A stretch of 64,000 nt of DNA from positions 1-64,000 of the forward strand of contig MQRK01244276.1 in the NCBI GenBank assembly GCA_001938485.1. The letters are read 5' to 3'. Under the pieces are notes generated by a model that saw only the letters and a program-made list of their open reading frames with translations, did no database searches and was not told the DNA's origin. Positions within the stretch are counted from its first letter, which is position 1, and the number at the start of each line of letters is the position of its first letter. Source of the stretch: Girardia tigrina. Its lineage: Eukaryota. The translations under genes were made by a program, and so were the position numbers. Of this stretch, positions 52,928 through 64,000 are shown one piece after another.

Positions 52928-54785
52928 TTAGGGATTCAAGACTACACAGAACAATTCCGAATAAGTATATATCGAATTGATAGTTTTAATTATTTCAATT
53001 TCAGACTCTTCACAAATTTTACACCCACAGAGAGTCCCATTATCACTTGAGATTGCCAAATCGATTTTCACTGAATTATTTTGGTTACCAGAATCATTAA
53101 TATTCTGAAAATCTTCATAACATGCAAACATATCGATACTCAATGAATATTTTGGCCACTATAATTATTAATATTTTTAAAATTCTTATTATTGATGATG
53201 GAAGCAATTTTAATGATCAAATCTCCCATTAACGAATTGAAATCTCTTTTTTCTTTTCGACTGAATTTTACCACGCAATTTATCAAATCAGAACAATATT
53301 CAATCACGTATTAATTTTATCTTTTAGAAGTGTAAAACCTTTTTCATTTACAAATCGATTTAATTGATTCGGCAAGACTGTTTTTGTAGCACTCAATAAA
53401 TTATGTATTATCTAATAGGATTACTTATACTATATACTAATTACTTAATACTTAATAATTACTTAGTACTAGATTATGTAATAAAAATAAATATTTTTTT
53501 AATACTTTATTTCTATATACTAAACAAAACAAAATAAAGAAAGCAGATAAAAATGTAGTCAATTAACAATAAAATAATAAACTAATCTGAATGGTCTTGG
53601 TAACGAAATGAATCAAAATAACACCTTGAATTTAATTGAATGATGTAATAATAGATGGTAATCGATGTATAACTCTAGTAAATGGTGGGAATATTCACAA
53701 ATAAATCAGGATTTTTATTAATATAATTGGTATACCAAATGGCAAGAAATTTGATACGATGCAGAAATTTGATCAGAAATGGAAAGAAAATTGTATATAT
53801 TGGCGAATTTGATGAACAGTTAAATAATTTACCGAATTGTGCGCTAAACTACGCTTTTACTTTTCTTAGTTTTTGTTCATTATCATTTTTAACAAATGTA
53901 AACGATTTTTTTTAAATCTTGTTTTTTATTTGTAAAATAAGATCAGATTAGGATGACTGAAGAATTTTAAATTTTACAAACAATTTCTTAGAAAATTGTA
54001 TGAAAATTTTGAAAATGTTTTTTCATACAATTTAATTATTTCTTGTTGGAACAATCTTTAAAAATAAAAATGTTGATAGATTAAATTCCACAAGAAATTC
54101 TGAAATTAAACTAGAGTAAAATTATTTCTACTTGATTAATTTTGATATAATGTTTTAATACAATGATAAATTCATTGTTTAAATAATATGATAATTAAAT
54201 TCGTGGGAATTGAATTTTCCGTTTTCTTATGTATTAAATCCAGAATATTTGCAGCATCCACATATACGGTAATTTATTCAGTTATACGTATTATTATTTA
54301 CTTTTAGTCAAATATAACATCCTCTTCGTGATAGAATAAATTATCCACAGATAATCTAAACTACAAAGCGTAGCTTCATGTATGTTGATGTAGATTGACA
54401 ACCTGCAAAATAAATGAATTGAGATGATTGTCGTTATTGTCGGAATAATTGATGATCGAGATTAAACTTTTGGATTGAGGATTTACTAATTTCAGACAAA
54501 AATTGATGCAAGCTTCTCCAATAAATGTATCTAAATAATAAAGGATTGAGTTTTCAAAATTTCAATTGGACGTCCGGTGAAAGAATAGAATTGACAAGTA
54601 AAAGCTTTTTTTTGAGCAGATAATTAGCTTCTATTTTGTAATATTGCATTTCATCTTTCATTTTGCTATTGAATTAGAATATACGTTGCTCTATATTTTT
54701 TCATTTTATTTAGGACAATCGATTTTTTCAAACATGGAAAATAAACATCTCAATGGAAAGACAACGTAATGCATAGTCTTCCATT
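52928..54785 (-). pseudogene. Decayed coding-like region, product unknown
   Basis: Coding-like composition at 52928-53400 and ~54200-54785 with multiple stops and frameshifts. Confidence 0.25.
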
Positions 54786-55039
54786 GAGATAAAAAAGAGA
54801 AACAAAATATAAGAAGAATAAATATTTTTATATTTATAATTTAAAGTAAATAAATATATGATAGGAGAAAAATCATAGTATTAAGTGATAATAACTGATT
54901 ACTACAAAGACAAATCGAATAAATCAATTAATCTTTTTAACAACAATTTATTATTTACAATTTACATTAAAATTAATATTTTTACAATTATTTCAACTAA
55001 AATTCCATTTTTTTATTCATTTTTTAATCATTAATATAA

Positions 55040-57060
55040 GCCTCACCCGACTGAAGGGATAACTGTGTATTTTAGAGGCTACAGACCAGCATTAGCGTAC
55101 AGGGTAGTGAGTCATAGACTCTCTATCGGGAAGAAACCAAAAATAGACAATACAGAACCTACTGACTTTCTCGCACGACTTTAGATGCAAGAATGCGAGC
55201 TATCAGTGCACGAGCACGCATCGGTTTCCCAGTCAGAAAGGACCAGTCATGATCCCTCGTACCGAGATACTGTGGAGCTTTGGCTGAGTAAACATGTTTC
55301 GTACAATAAGTAAAGGGACAACGAAATATCCCCACATCATTTGTATTACATAACCGAAAGTCGAGAACCACCCTTGGAATCACTCCTGGGTCCGTCTCCG
55401 CGATACTGTCGAGGGGCACTGACACATCATGCATCGCGATCGGGTTTGAACATTTTGTAAATCCTTCATCTGCATTATTTGGTGATGCTCTAGTACTACT
55501 GATACTGCCTTGGGTTCGGTGATTGATCAATAAATGTCTCTTTAATCATCCATCCGTTTTATATGTATTGTGGCAATTTTCCATGGGACATTGGAAAGGT
55601 TTGTCACCAATCTAACGCTGCGGTTTCGTGACCGTATGCACTTTTTTGATGTGTCTTCTTAGTTCATTCTGTTCCGCAAAATCTTTGAAACAAGAGGGAT
55701 ACGTGCATTGCACTCTTTTGATACGCGACTGGAGCATTTTAGGGTACTCTTCTTGTTCAATCCCTTCTGTCAGTGTCGAGAATTCCACTCTCATTCAAGC
55801 ACTCCTGGTACAATACGCCGTTTCACCAGTACCACACGCGCCTTGGGCAAACCAATTGACATATGCGTGTTACGTATTGTGTCAAGTTTAGTTTTACCAA
55901 GAGCAGTGCGTGTGCAGGTATTATGAAAAGCTTGTAGCCGGGCTACCTCTTTTTCAGGTGTTGCTCAGCACTTACTCTCATAATACACTGCCGGAAAAAT
56001 GCTTGATTCGATTAGTCTTCTTTTCAGCGCTAAAGGAACTCGATGACCTTGAATCGCAGGCTGTACTTCTTGTAACTTACTCAATTCACAACGCAACCGC
56101 TGACCGATATCTCTACTGCAGCTGCCACATGCTGTCAATATACTGCCGAGGTAACAGAACTCGCTCACCCATCCAAAGACTTTATGACCACACTTCACTT
56201 GCAATATTCAAGTCTCAGAGTCATAAGTTAGACACATGACTGACGTTTTAGATGCACTAATAGTCAACTCGAATTTTGAAAATGTGCTTCTAAGTATATC
56301 CAGGTTTTACAGGTACGATCAATATTAGAGTCGATGATACATAAATCATTCGCATAAGTAAGTCTATTGACTTGAAATTCGTCACCATGCTCGTCGATCA
56401 TGGTAATTCCTCCCCCGAATCCTTTCAAAAACGCCGTTTTGTTAACTTCATCGAAGACGATGTTAAAAAGACAAGGTCACATTACACATCCCTGCCTGAC
56501 ACCTCTTTTCATGAGAAACTCACAATCCCCACAGAGGCAATAAAGTTCTCATATAATTCCTTGATACGGGAGAGAATCTTGTCGGTCAAGCCAAATCTTT
56601 TGAGGAAGGCTAGTAGAACTTCACATGGGACACTATCAAATGCCTTTTCCAAATTGATGAATATCCCAAATACATTCTGGTTATAATATCTTCTTCCTGT
56701 ATCCGCTTGATTATACTTATAGCTTGCCTAAAAACATCTTTTTGGCCTAAAACCAAACTGTCAAGGGTCTAACCTTTCTTCAATCATCGGTGTCATTCTA
56801 TTTACAATTATTCGTGTAAAAACTTTGCCGGTGACTTCCTTCTATAGTTATTCGGATCAGACCTTGCACCCTTTCCTTTGAAGACTGTTACCACTTTTGT
56901 ACTCCTCCAAAATCGAGCTTCAATTTGTCAATGAGGGGTTGTCCGCCTCATTTTTAAATCTTCGCAATCACCCAATTTGAGTTAGGTGCCTTTTCATTAC
57001 TCATTTGTAATATAGTAAGCCGTACCTCTTCTGTATTCGGTGAATCTATATCGAAACAAT
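55040..57060 (-). mobile_element. Degenerate non-LTR retrotransposon: RT followed by C2H2 zinc fingers
   Basis: FINLEKAFDSVP, GVRQGCVM*PCLFNI, LTYAND, FCYLGS; then CTYPSCFKDFAEQNELRRHIKKVH and GDKPFQCPMENCHNTYKTDG*LKRHLLINH. Confidence 0.88.
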
Positions 57061-57149
57061 TTTCCTCACTGAATCGAGTCATATTAACAATGAAAAAATA
57101 TTAACACTCAAAAATTTTTTTACACTAAATCGAAACGATTCAAACATTC

Positions 57150-58490
57150 ACAATTTATTTTTTTAATAGTTCAATATTTTCAGTGAAATCAAAAAAAGGT
57201 TTATCAGTAAATTTTCCCATCCAACTTGATAATTTGACTTTGGTTTGAAAAATTACTGGGATTTTCAGTTTTTTACGTTTTTTCTTTCGGATAAATTCAT
57301 TATTTGATTGTTTTTCATCAAACCATTTCTTTAAGAGATTATACTCCCAAAACATTCGAAATTCATATCATAATTTTATTCGACTCTTTTGATTACAATA
57401 AACCAGTCTAATTAATTAGGCACAGCTTCTGGAGGTACGATTTAATTTTGGAATGATTTGTTGAATATTCTAGATAGGATTGTAAATTACAATTGATTGG
57501 AAATTCGTCATCGATTGCGCAAACCATGCGATAAGCTCAATGAGATTTTGACAAGATTTAACTTCATCATTTTCTTATAAAAATATGAGCCATCAATTTT
57601 TGGATTAGTTTGAAGGATTTTTGATCATTTGTTATCCTCCAGAGTGAATTAAACAATTCCAAAAGTATAAATACTAATTAACAGTATATTATGAAAGTGT
57701 TTTTTCGGTATAATCCTTGAGTTAACCTGAAGACTAGACGGTGACAGCAGATGCGAACATGGGTTAGAATAGGAGCTGGAACTGGATGTACTGGGCCTAT
57801 TGCGATAAAATTTTATTCATAGATATTTAATCTATCATTTCTTGAATTAAAGTTTAAAAATTTGGAGTTTTGAGACATCTTTTTTTTTGTTTTGACTTAT
57901 AAAGTTGCCATAGCTTTTGACAAATAAAATAAAGGTTTACCATCCTAGTGCGTCTTAGTCGTAGATTATTGTTAAAATTTATATATTGAAAGGCATTATT
58001 AACATGGATGACAGATATCAAATTCATTCCATTAAGACAAAAATGTTTCTATATATCTTTCTATAAGCCTAACAAACCATAAGAGATTTTAAATGTTTTT
58101 TTTTGTTTTTGAATGAAGGGTTCAGGCGCACCCAGACCCATAATGAAGCGCTCACCTTGGAGATAATTTTTATCATTTTTTGAGAATTCCTTTCTCTTCT
58201 CTTTCATCGTCAACGGGAAAATTGAATCGAAAAACGCAAGAAGTATAAAATGCATATTTCCGTTTCGGATCGATGCGACAATAGCTTCTATCAATTCCGA
58301 TGAGTTGGCGAGCAAAGAGAATTAATTCCTCTGCCCATTGCCCAGTTCCACAACCGATATCGATGATACTCAAAGGATTTTCAATTTCACAAGTTTTATT
58401 TAACAATCACAAATAATCAATAATTTCCTTGACAATAACGGGAGAATATTCAAGTTAACTTCCATACAATTTCGATTGCAATTCGTTTTA
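57150..58490 (-). pseudogene. Class I SAM-dependent methyltransferase pseudogene (Methyltransf_11-like)
   Basis: IIDIGCGTGQWAEEL...LIGIDRS (motif I and post-I). The upstream LYGS*LEYSPVIVKEIIDYL* has in-frame stops; the 3' extent is uncertain. Confidence 0.65.
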
Positions 58491-60169
58491 AAAATGTGAG
58501 AATAACTTCATTTAAATTGATATTGTGTTATAAAATTCAATAATCAATAGCTATTAAATTAAAAAAAGACTAGATCGAAATTCAAATTCTATTTAAACTA
58601 AACAAATGTTGCTAAACAGTGATTTCAACAAGCAAATAAAAAAATAATTTTTTTATTATTCAATATGGAACATGAAATGAATTTACTAGACTTTTTTGAA
58701 TAATAATTATTTTCCAAGTTTTAGTTTGAACAATAAATTTTAAAAAACCAAAAATAAAATAAATTAATATCCGATTAATCAATTAGCTAAATACACAGCT
58801 TCAATCAATCAAATAAAATATAAATTAATAATTAAAAATATTAGATTTTATTCTGTTAAAAATTAATTGCTTTTCTTTTAAATAAATAATTTTTAAATTA
58901 ATTTATTTTTATTTGATTTTTATAATTGGATGTTTGATTATGTTAATATTCCAATAAATCTTTTACTGAACATTTCGTTTAATAATTCAACTTAAATTGT
59001 TTTTATTTCATTTAACGATTTGATAACTGACTAAAAGAAACATAATTTAATAATTTATTGTTTAATTAATGTATTTATTCTACGTGCACAAAAAATATAA
59101 TAAAATTTTCATGAGAAAGATAAAATATTGTTTGCCACCAATAAATAGAAAAATTAATTTATTTCATAAAAAAGCATTCAAAGATTAAATATTAATATTC
59201 AATTACAAAAAAAATAAATTAAAAAATTCCATTAATTTATTATTTTACTTTTAATTAACTAATTTTTAAGATTTTATAAATTATAATTTAAAGTAAATTT
59301 ACCTTTTTTAAGAAATAGTTCATTTTTAAATTTTGAAAGACTTTTTTATGTTTATTTATATATTTTAGAAAAGATAATTTAGTGTATTTTTACTGACAAT
59401 CAAAAGAAAAAATTGTTAAAAAAACCAAACAAAAATTTACGATCATCTTATGGTTTTATAGAAAAGTTGTAAAAATGTTCAACTTTACAAAAATATGAAA
59501 TATTTTATAGGAAATATTAAATTTACATAAGGTGCTTTAAGAAGCCAGGGTTTAAACTGAACTTTATTGCTTATATATAGTTCTTAATTTAAGAATCCTT
59601 GTTAACAAACCTTTATTAAGTGGCCTACTTGTAGAAAACCTTTCAAGAGCTACTTAAAATAGGAATATTTAATTACGAAATTTTAATTTTATTCTTTTCA
59701 ACTAATTTAACTTCAAAAGTTCCAGAGGTTTTATTTTATTATCATAATCGTGATTGATCTTTCGTCCAAGTTTTCGTTCATTGTAAAAGAAAGGGAACTA
59801 CAAGAAGCAATAATTAATCATTTAAAAAAATAACGTGTTTAATCAATTTGCATTTTACAAATAATTATGGGACACATTATACATACAAAATTTTTAAGAA
59901 GTGATTAACACACTTTTTCTTGTTTAACGAAATTAGAACATCCAACTAGCTGAAGGGTCTAAGTTAATTCTCAAGCATAAAAGACGAATAAGTCTTTATA
60001 GCTCTGTATGTCGCAACATATGACTCATAAGATTATTTATGTTAGTTTCGTTGATATCGTTTTCAATATACGAAGTCAAATTCCTTTTTATAGCATAAAT
60101 TAATAATTTTTATTAAAAATAATTTAAACAAAATTTCAGATTCCTTTTTTAATCTATGTAACTAATAAA

Positions 60170-60300
60170 TGCCGGAACAAGTGCGAAACCTTGTACATTG
60201 AAGAGCCAAGTCGTCATCTCCGTACTAGAATTGCTGAACATACTCAATCGAGTAGTAATAGTTCGATATTGAGCCATATTAAAAGATGTAAAGGTAATCT
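60170..60300 (+). mobile_element. Penelope-like GIY-YIG fragment related to family 2
   Basis: KCETLYIEEPSRHLRTRIAEHTQSSSNSSILSHI. Confidence 0.8.
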
Positions 60301-60379
60301 TATGGTTGACATTCATGGATCCGGGATTCTATTGCCCGAATCAAACTCCTTTTTAGGTCAATTTATAAAATTTGTTATT

Positions 60380-60486
60380 ATTGTGGTTGGAGTCTCAGTC
60401 AGTGTCGATTTTCACGACTCCGACTTAGACTCTGGCTCCCACTTCCCCAAAAATCCTTAAACTCCGACTGCAAATCTGCAGCCTTG
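60380..60486. mobile_element. Possible hAT-like MITE end
   Basis: Repeated gactccgac motifs ending in ...tgcagccttg. Confidence 0.35.
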
Positions 60487-61539
60487 CTGCTGAAGATGAA
60501 ATGGTGTGCGGTATGTTATTTCTATTGCCCGTTACAAAATTCTCATTGCTATTCATGCAAAAGATGTGTAAATACTATTGACCATATCTGTCCGGGGGAC
60601 CAATTATCTCGGACGGAGAAACTACCGATTCTTTTTTATGTCCTTGTTTGTTTGTTAACATGACTCTAGTGATCGGTGGTTGCGTGATATACGCTATTCT
60701 CATCATGGATAATTTACTGCATCAACTGAAGATTATATCAATTGCTTTAGCCTATGTTATTCGATTGTTATTATTTCGTGTGTTTGAACTTGCGGGATTA
60801 CTTGATTTTCTTCATTCGAAAGGCGTTGCAACAAAGGAATATGTTTATGACAAATACAATGATATGAAAAATAGCCAAGCTGAGTGCGCTCTGTCATCAC
60901 CAATATTCTTCAGTTTAATACATGCAGAATGAAAATGATTTTCTGTAATATCAACGAAAAACTGCAGAAGAACTTCGCTGCACTTTTATCAGCCCCAAGT
61001 AGGGTGTTACTTTTTAAAAAGATAAATAACACTGTGTTGAAAATCAGTCAATTGTGGCGTCATTTGCTAAAGAGAAAATAAATAATAAAATGTCATGTGC
61101 ATTTTAATTATTGGACAGAAATATCAAATAATCAAAGGTAGTCAATCATGCCTTTATCACATGTTTAATTAAATAAATAAAATCCTTTGGTTTTATTTAT
61201 GTAAATATAAATTTATTCGACTTTATGACGTGTTTAATTAAATACATTTTGGTTTCATAAAATCCTTTGATTTTCTACTGGGTAACATGTTTAAAAATCT
61301 ATTTGTAAAATTAAAATTTATATCGATATTTATATTTAATATTTTTATTTATAACTGGTTTGTGCAAAATGAAAAAACATTGTTCCTCAGAAAATTGTTT
61401 AAAAAATAGTTAATTGTTATATAAATAAAATTTAAGTGTTATATACTATTTTATTGATCACGAACCTAACAATTTAAAAAAAAGAAAATTAAATAAAACT
61501 TAAAAAATAATTTAAATTATTTTACTGTCGAATTTCGTA

Positions 61540-61869
61540 TCACAAATTCCCAATGACAAATTTTGGCCCTAAAAAGAGCCGTCTTTCTCCTTCGTCTCGC
61601 TGCAGTTTCACTCTCTCGTGGATCTCTCTGTTTTTGAAAGAATAGAACAAATAAGTCACATCATCGTAGATTTCGATTATTTTCGCCCGTAAGAAACAGT
61701 TCGGTCGGACCATTGCGACAGAGATGCAACCGACTGCCACTGGTCTCGGTAAAAGAGAAGTGTTGTTGCCACTGGCGTAATCGATGTTCATTTCTTTTTG
61801 CATTGTGTTGAATGTTTTTATTTTTAATAGATCGTAGATTCGTAATTTTATATTTTGTATTAATGACAT
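61540..61869 (-). CDS. Hypothetical 109-aa protein
   Basis: ATG-to-stop ORF with higher GC than its flanks and a TATA-like TATATAGGGG ~85 bp upstream; no family recognised. Confidence 0.35.
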   Translation of the reverse strand: MSLIQNIKLRIYDLLKIKTFNTMQKEMNIDYASGNNTSLLPRPVAVGCISVAMVRPNCFLRAKIIEIYDDVTYLFYSFKNREIHERVKLQRDEGERRLFLGPKFVIGNL

Positions 61870-62499
61870 GTCGACAATCTCGATTTTACTTATCTTTTCA
61901 ATAACGATCGAAAAAATCGATAATCAAATATCTTTTATTAGAGACAAAACCCCTATATAAAATAATACATTAAAACACAAACATTTTTTTAATTAATTCT
62001 ATATATAATTATATACAATTTAAATTAAATTTTCTTTTCATATATATTTTTTTATATAAATTTAATGCATTGAAATTGGAAAATAAATTTCCAAATTTAT
62101 TTACTTATCTAAATTTATTTACTTTAATAATTCACTCTGAAACAAATTAAATAAAACAAAAGTTTTGAATAATCATTTATGATTACTATTCAATTTACAT
62201 GAACAAAGGAAAATATCTATTGTTAATTTTTCAAGTCGATGAGTCATTATTTTTTTTCAATTTAAGCAGTATGTGTGCTAAATTTTTCTTGTTGAGTGGA
62301 GAGAGAGATTGGGTGTGTGTAATGTACTGAATATAGAAAGATACACAAAATAAATGAAATGGCTCGCTCTGATTGGTGGATCAATCAGAGTGAGCTAGTG
62401 AGTCGAAATAAAATTGTCGAGTGATTTAAAATCATTTTTTCTGCTTTTCTTGAAAGAGTTGCAATTACAACAAATTATTGTGAGCTTGGATTTTGTCAG

Positions 62500-63009
62500 T
62501 GTGAGGAATTTTTAAAATTGTTATGTTAAAATTGGTTTGTTGAATTTTTTATGTTGAGTTTAGTATTTGGAAATGTGTTTTTCCCACCCAGATGGAAAAT
62601 TGATATTTTAGATGTTCACGATAGATTTGAGTATAATTTACATTTTAAAGTACAGCTAAGATATTTAAAAACATTAAAAATATTAAATCTTTTCAAATCT
62701 TCATATTAAAATTTAAATAAAATAAATAATTTTAACTAAGTTTTGAATTAAATAAATGTTTTTTCTTTACATAAAATAATTTTTAAATAAAATTAATATG
62801 TAAATAAAATTAATACTAAAACTACGAAATTTGAACTATAAAAATAAAATCTGAAAATAATGAAAAATTTGTTTCGAATAATAACATTAACTAAAAGTTA
62901 TCAATTTAGAACGATGTCGAATGAAGAGAGTTTTGCTGAGAATTGTCCAAAAGACAATTCTGATTGTATTGAAAATAAAAGTTCGAAAACCATGTTGGTG
63001 TTCTTAATA
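62500..63009 (+). repeat. 5' LTR (family 1) of Gypsy element D
   Basis: TGTGAGGAA...box at 62580-62595...TTGGTGTTCTTAATA, followed directly by the PBS TGGCGAC. Confidence 0.88.
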
Positions 63010-64000
63010 TGGCGACACACGACCACGTGATTCCGAACATCAGAGGTCCGGAGATTTTTGATGGATCAGAAACAAAAGTTGAGGCATTCATAACGAGCTT
63101 TAACAGGTATGCGAAGATAATGGGATTTTCATATGAGAAGAAAATCTTATTAGCAACACCATATATGACTCCGTATGCCATAATAAAATATGAAGCAGCG
63201 GCAGGTGAAACATGTGAGGAAAAACTAAGATCCGCATTTTCAAAGGAAAAATCTATCCTGGATCTAATGAAGGAACTGGTAGAAATGAGAATTGGATCTA
63301 GCGACCCAACAGTAGTATTTAGAAAGGCTGATGAAATCATTGAAAAGTTAATTGAGAAAAAGTTGGGTAAAAAAGAACTATTAAATTTGGTCTACGCTAA
63401 TCTGATAGATGACGAGAACGTACAGAAAGAAATAGCTGTTAGATGTGTCAAGATATCTTAAGAGATTGAAGAAATTCAAACGAGAATGTTCGAATATGAT
63501 AAAAAGAAAAAAATGCTCCTGTAGCGGCATATAACACGAAAAGAGAAAATGAATGGAAAACAGTGGAAAATAAAAAAAGAACACCAAGGCCACAGAACGA
63601 GAAATTCATAGAACAAGAAACAAGAAGAAATTTTAAAGTTCGAAAAAATTACCTGTTGGGCATGCCACGAAGAAGGACATGTTAAAAGAGAGTGCCTAAC
63701 GTGAAGTGTAGTCATTGTAATAGAAAAGTGCATTTAAGAACACAGTGTTATGAAAACCCTAATAGATTTAGGGAGCGTGATCAATGGAAAAGGGATAATG
63801 GAAATAATCGATTGAATAACAGGCAAATTTACTCAAATCAACGGTATAGAGAACGGACAACATACACGAATAGGAAATACCTAGTAGCAGAAGTGGACGT
63901 ACAAGATGATGAAATGTACATAAGAGAAGAATCTAGAAAGGGGACTATTCTGAAGGAACGTATAGAAGAGAAGATGGTAAAAGACTGGAATCTCCTGTAG
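63009..64000 (+). mobile_element. Gypsy element D gag (disrupted), running to the window edge
   Basis: MATHDHVIPNIRGPEIFDGSETKVEAFI...; two knuckles CWACHEEGHVKREC and CSHCNRKVHLRTQC; stop at 63459 and later frameshifts. Confidence 0.88.

Noticed and set aside
57722-57770. Additional hammerheads (CTGAAGA at ~57728 and ~48648)
   Set aside because: The first has GAAC instead of GAAA and no cleavage triplet; the second has no stem II.
58173-58406. Hen1 small-RNA methyltransferase
   Set aside because: Only the generic motif I is present; no Hen1-specific motifs were seen.
8940-58490. Stop-codon reassignment (TAA/TAG read as Gln) to explain in-frame stops
   Set aside because: Stops include TGA and co-occur with frameshifts, and the PLE ORFs end at TAA at the expected C-terminus, so decay is sufficient.
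24377-63009. TGTGAGG...CCCAGATG repeats as snRNA genes or standalone introners
   Set aside because: They extend to a shared 3' end, one has a 5-bp TSD and one abuts a PBS and gag, so they are LTRs.
1-64000. Uni-strand piRNA cluster
   Set aside because: TE fragments occur on both strands in substantial numbers; the bias is unconvincing without small-RNA data.

Overview
Very AT-rich eukaryotic genomic DNA, probably invertebrate (the host cannot be named from sequence), from a gapped assembly whose N-gaps abut (TA)n tracts. It is mostly a transposon and pseudogene graveyard; no intact host gene, rRNA, canonical tRNA or CRISPR array is evident. Mobile elements: five Ty3/Gypsy remnants, six copies of one LTR family (five solo LTRs plus the 5' LTR at 62.5 kb), three 5'-truncated Penelope-like elements (PLEs) carrying four minimal hammerhead ribozymes, RTE-like LINEs (one with C-terminal C2H2 fingers), and mariner, Tc1, pogo, MULE, hAT and Helentron-like remnants. 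Decayed host genes include a sphingosine-kinase-like gene, a class I SAM methyltransferase and orphan exon chains. Most notable: (i) in two divergent Gypsy elements the Gag ATG is assembled from the last base of a TA-ending LTR plus the first bases of the primer-binding site (PBS); (ii) a 16-bp box is conserved across otherwise diverged LTRs; (iii) all three PLE 3' copies sit in (TA)n tracts and two have inverted ends; (iv) a ~1-kb near-perfect palindrome diverges towards its loop; (v) a CCA-ending tRNA-like cloverleaf and three CCAAT-containing hairpins are unexplained.
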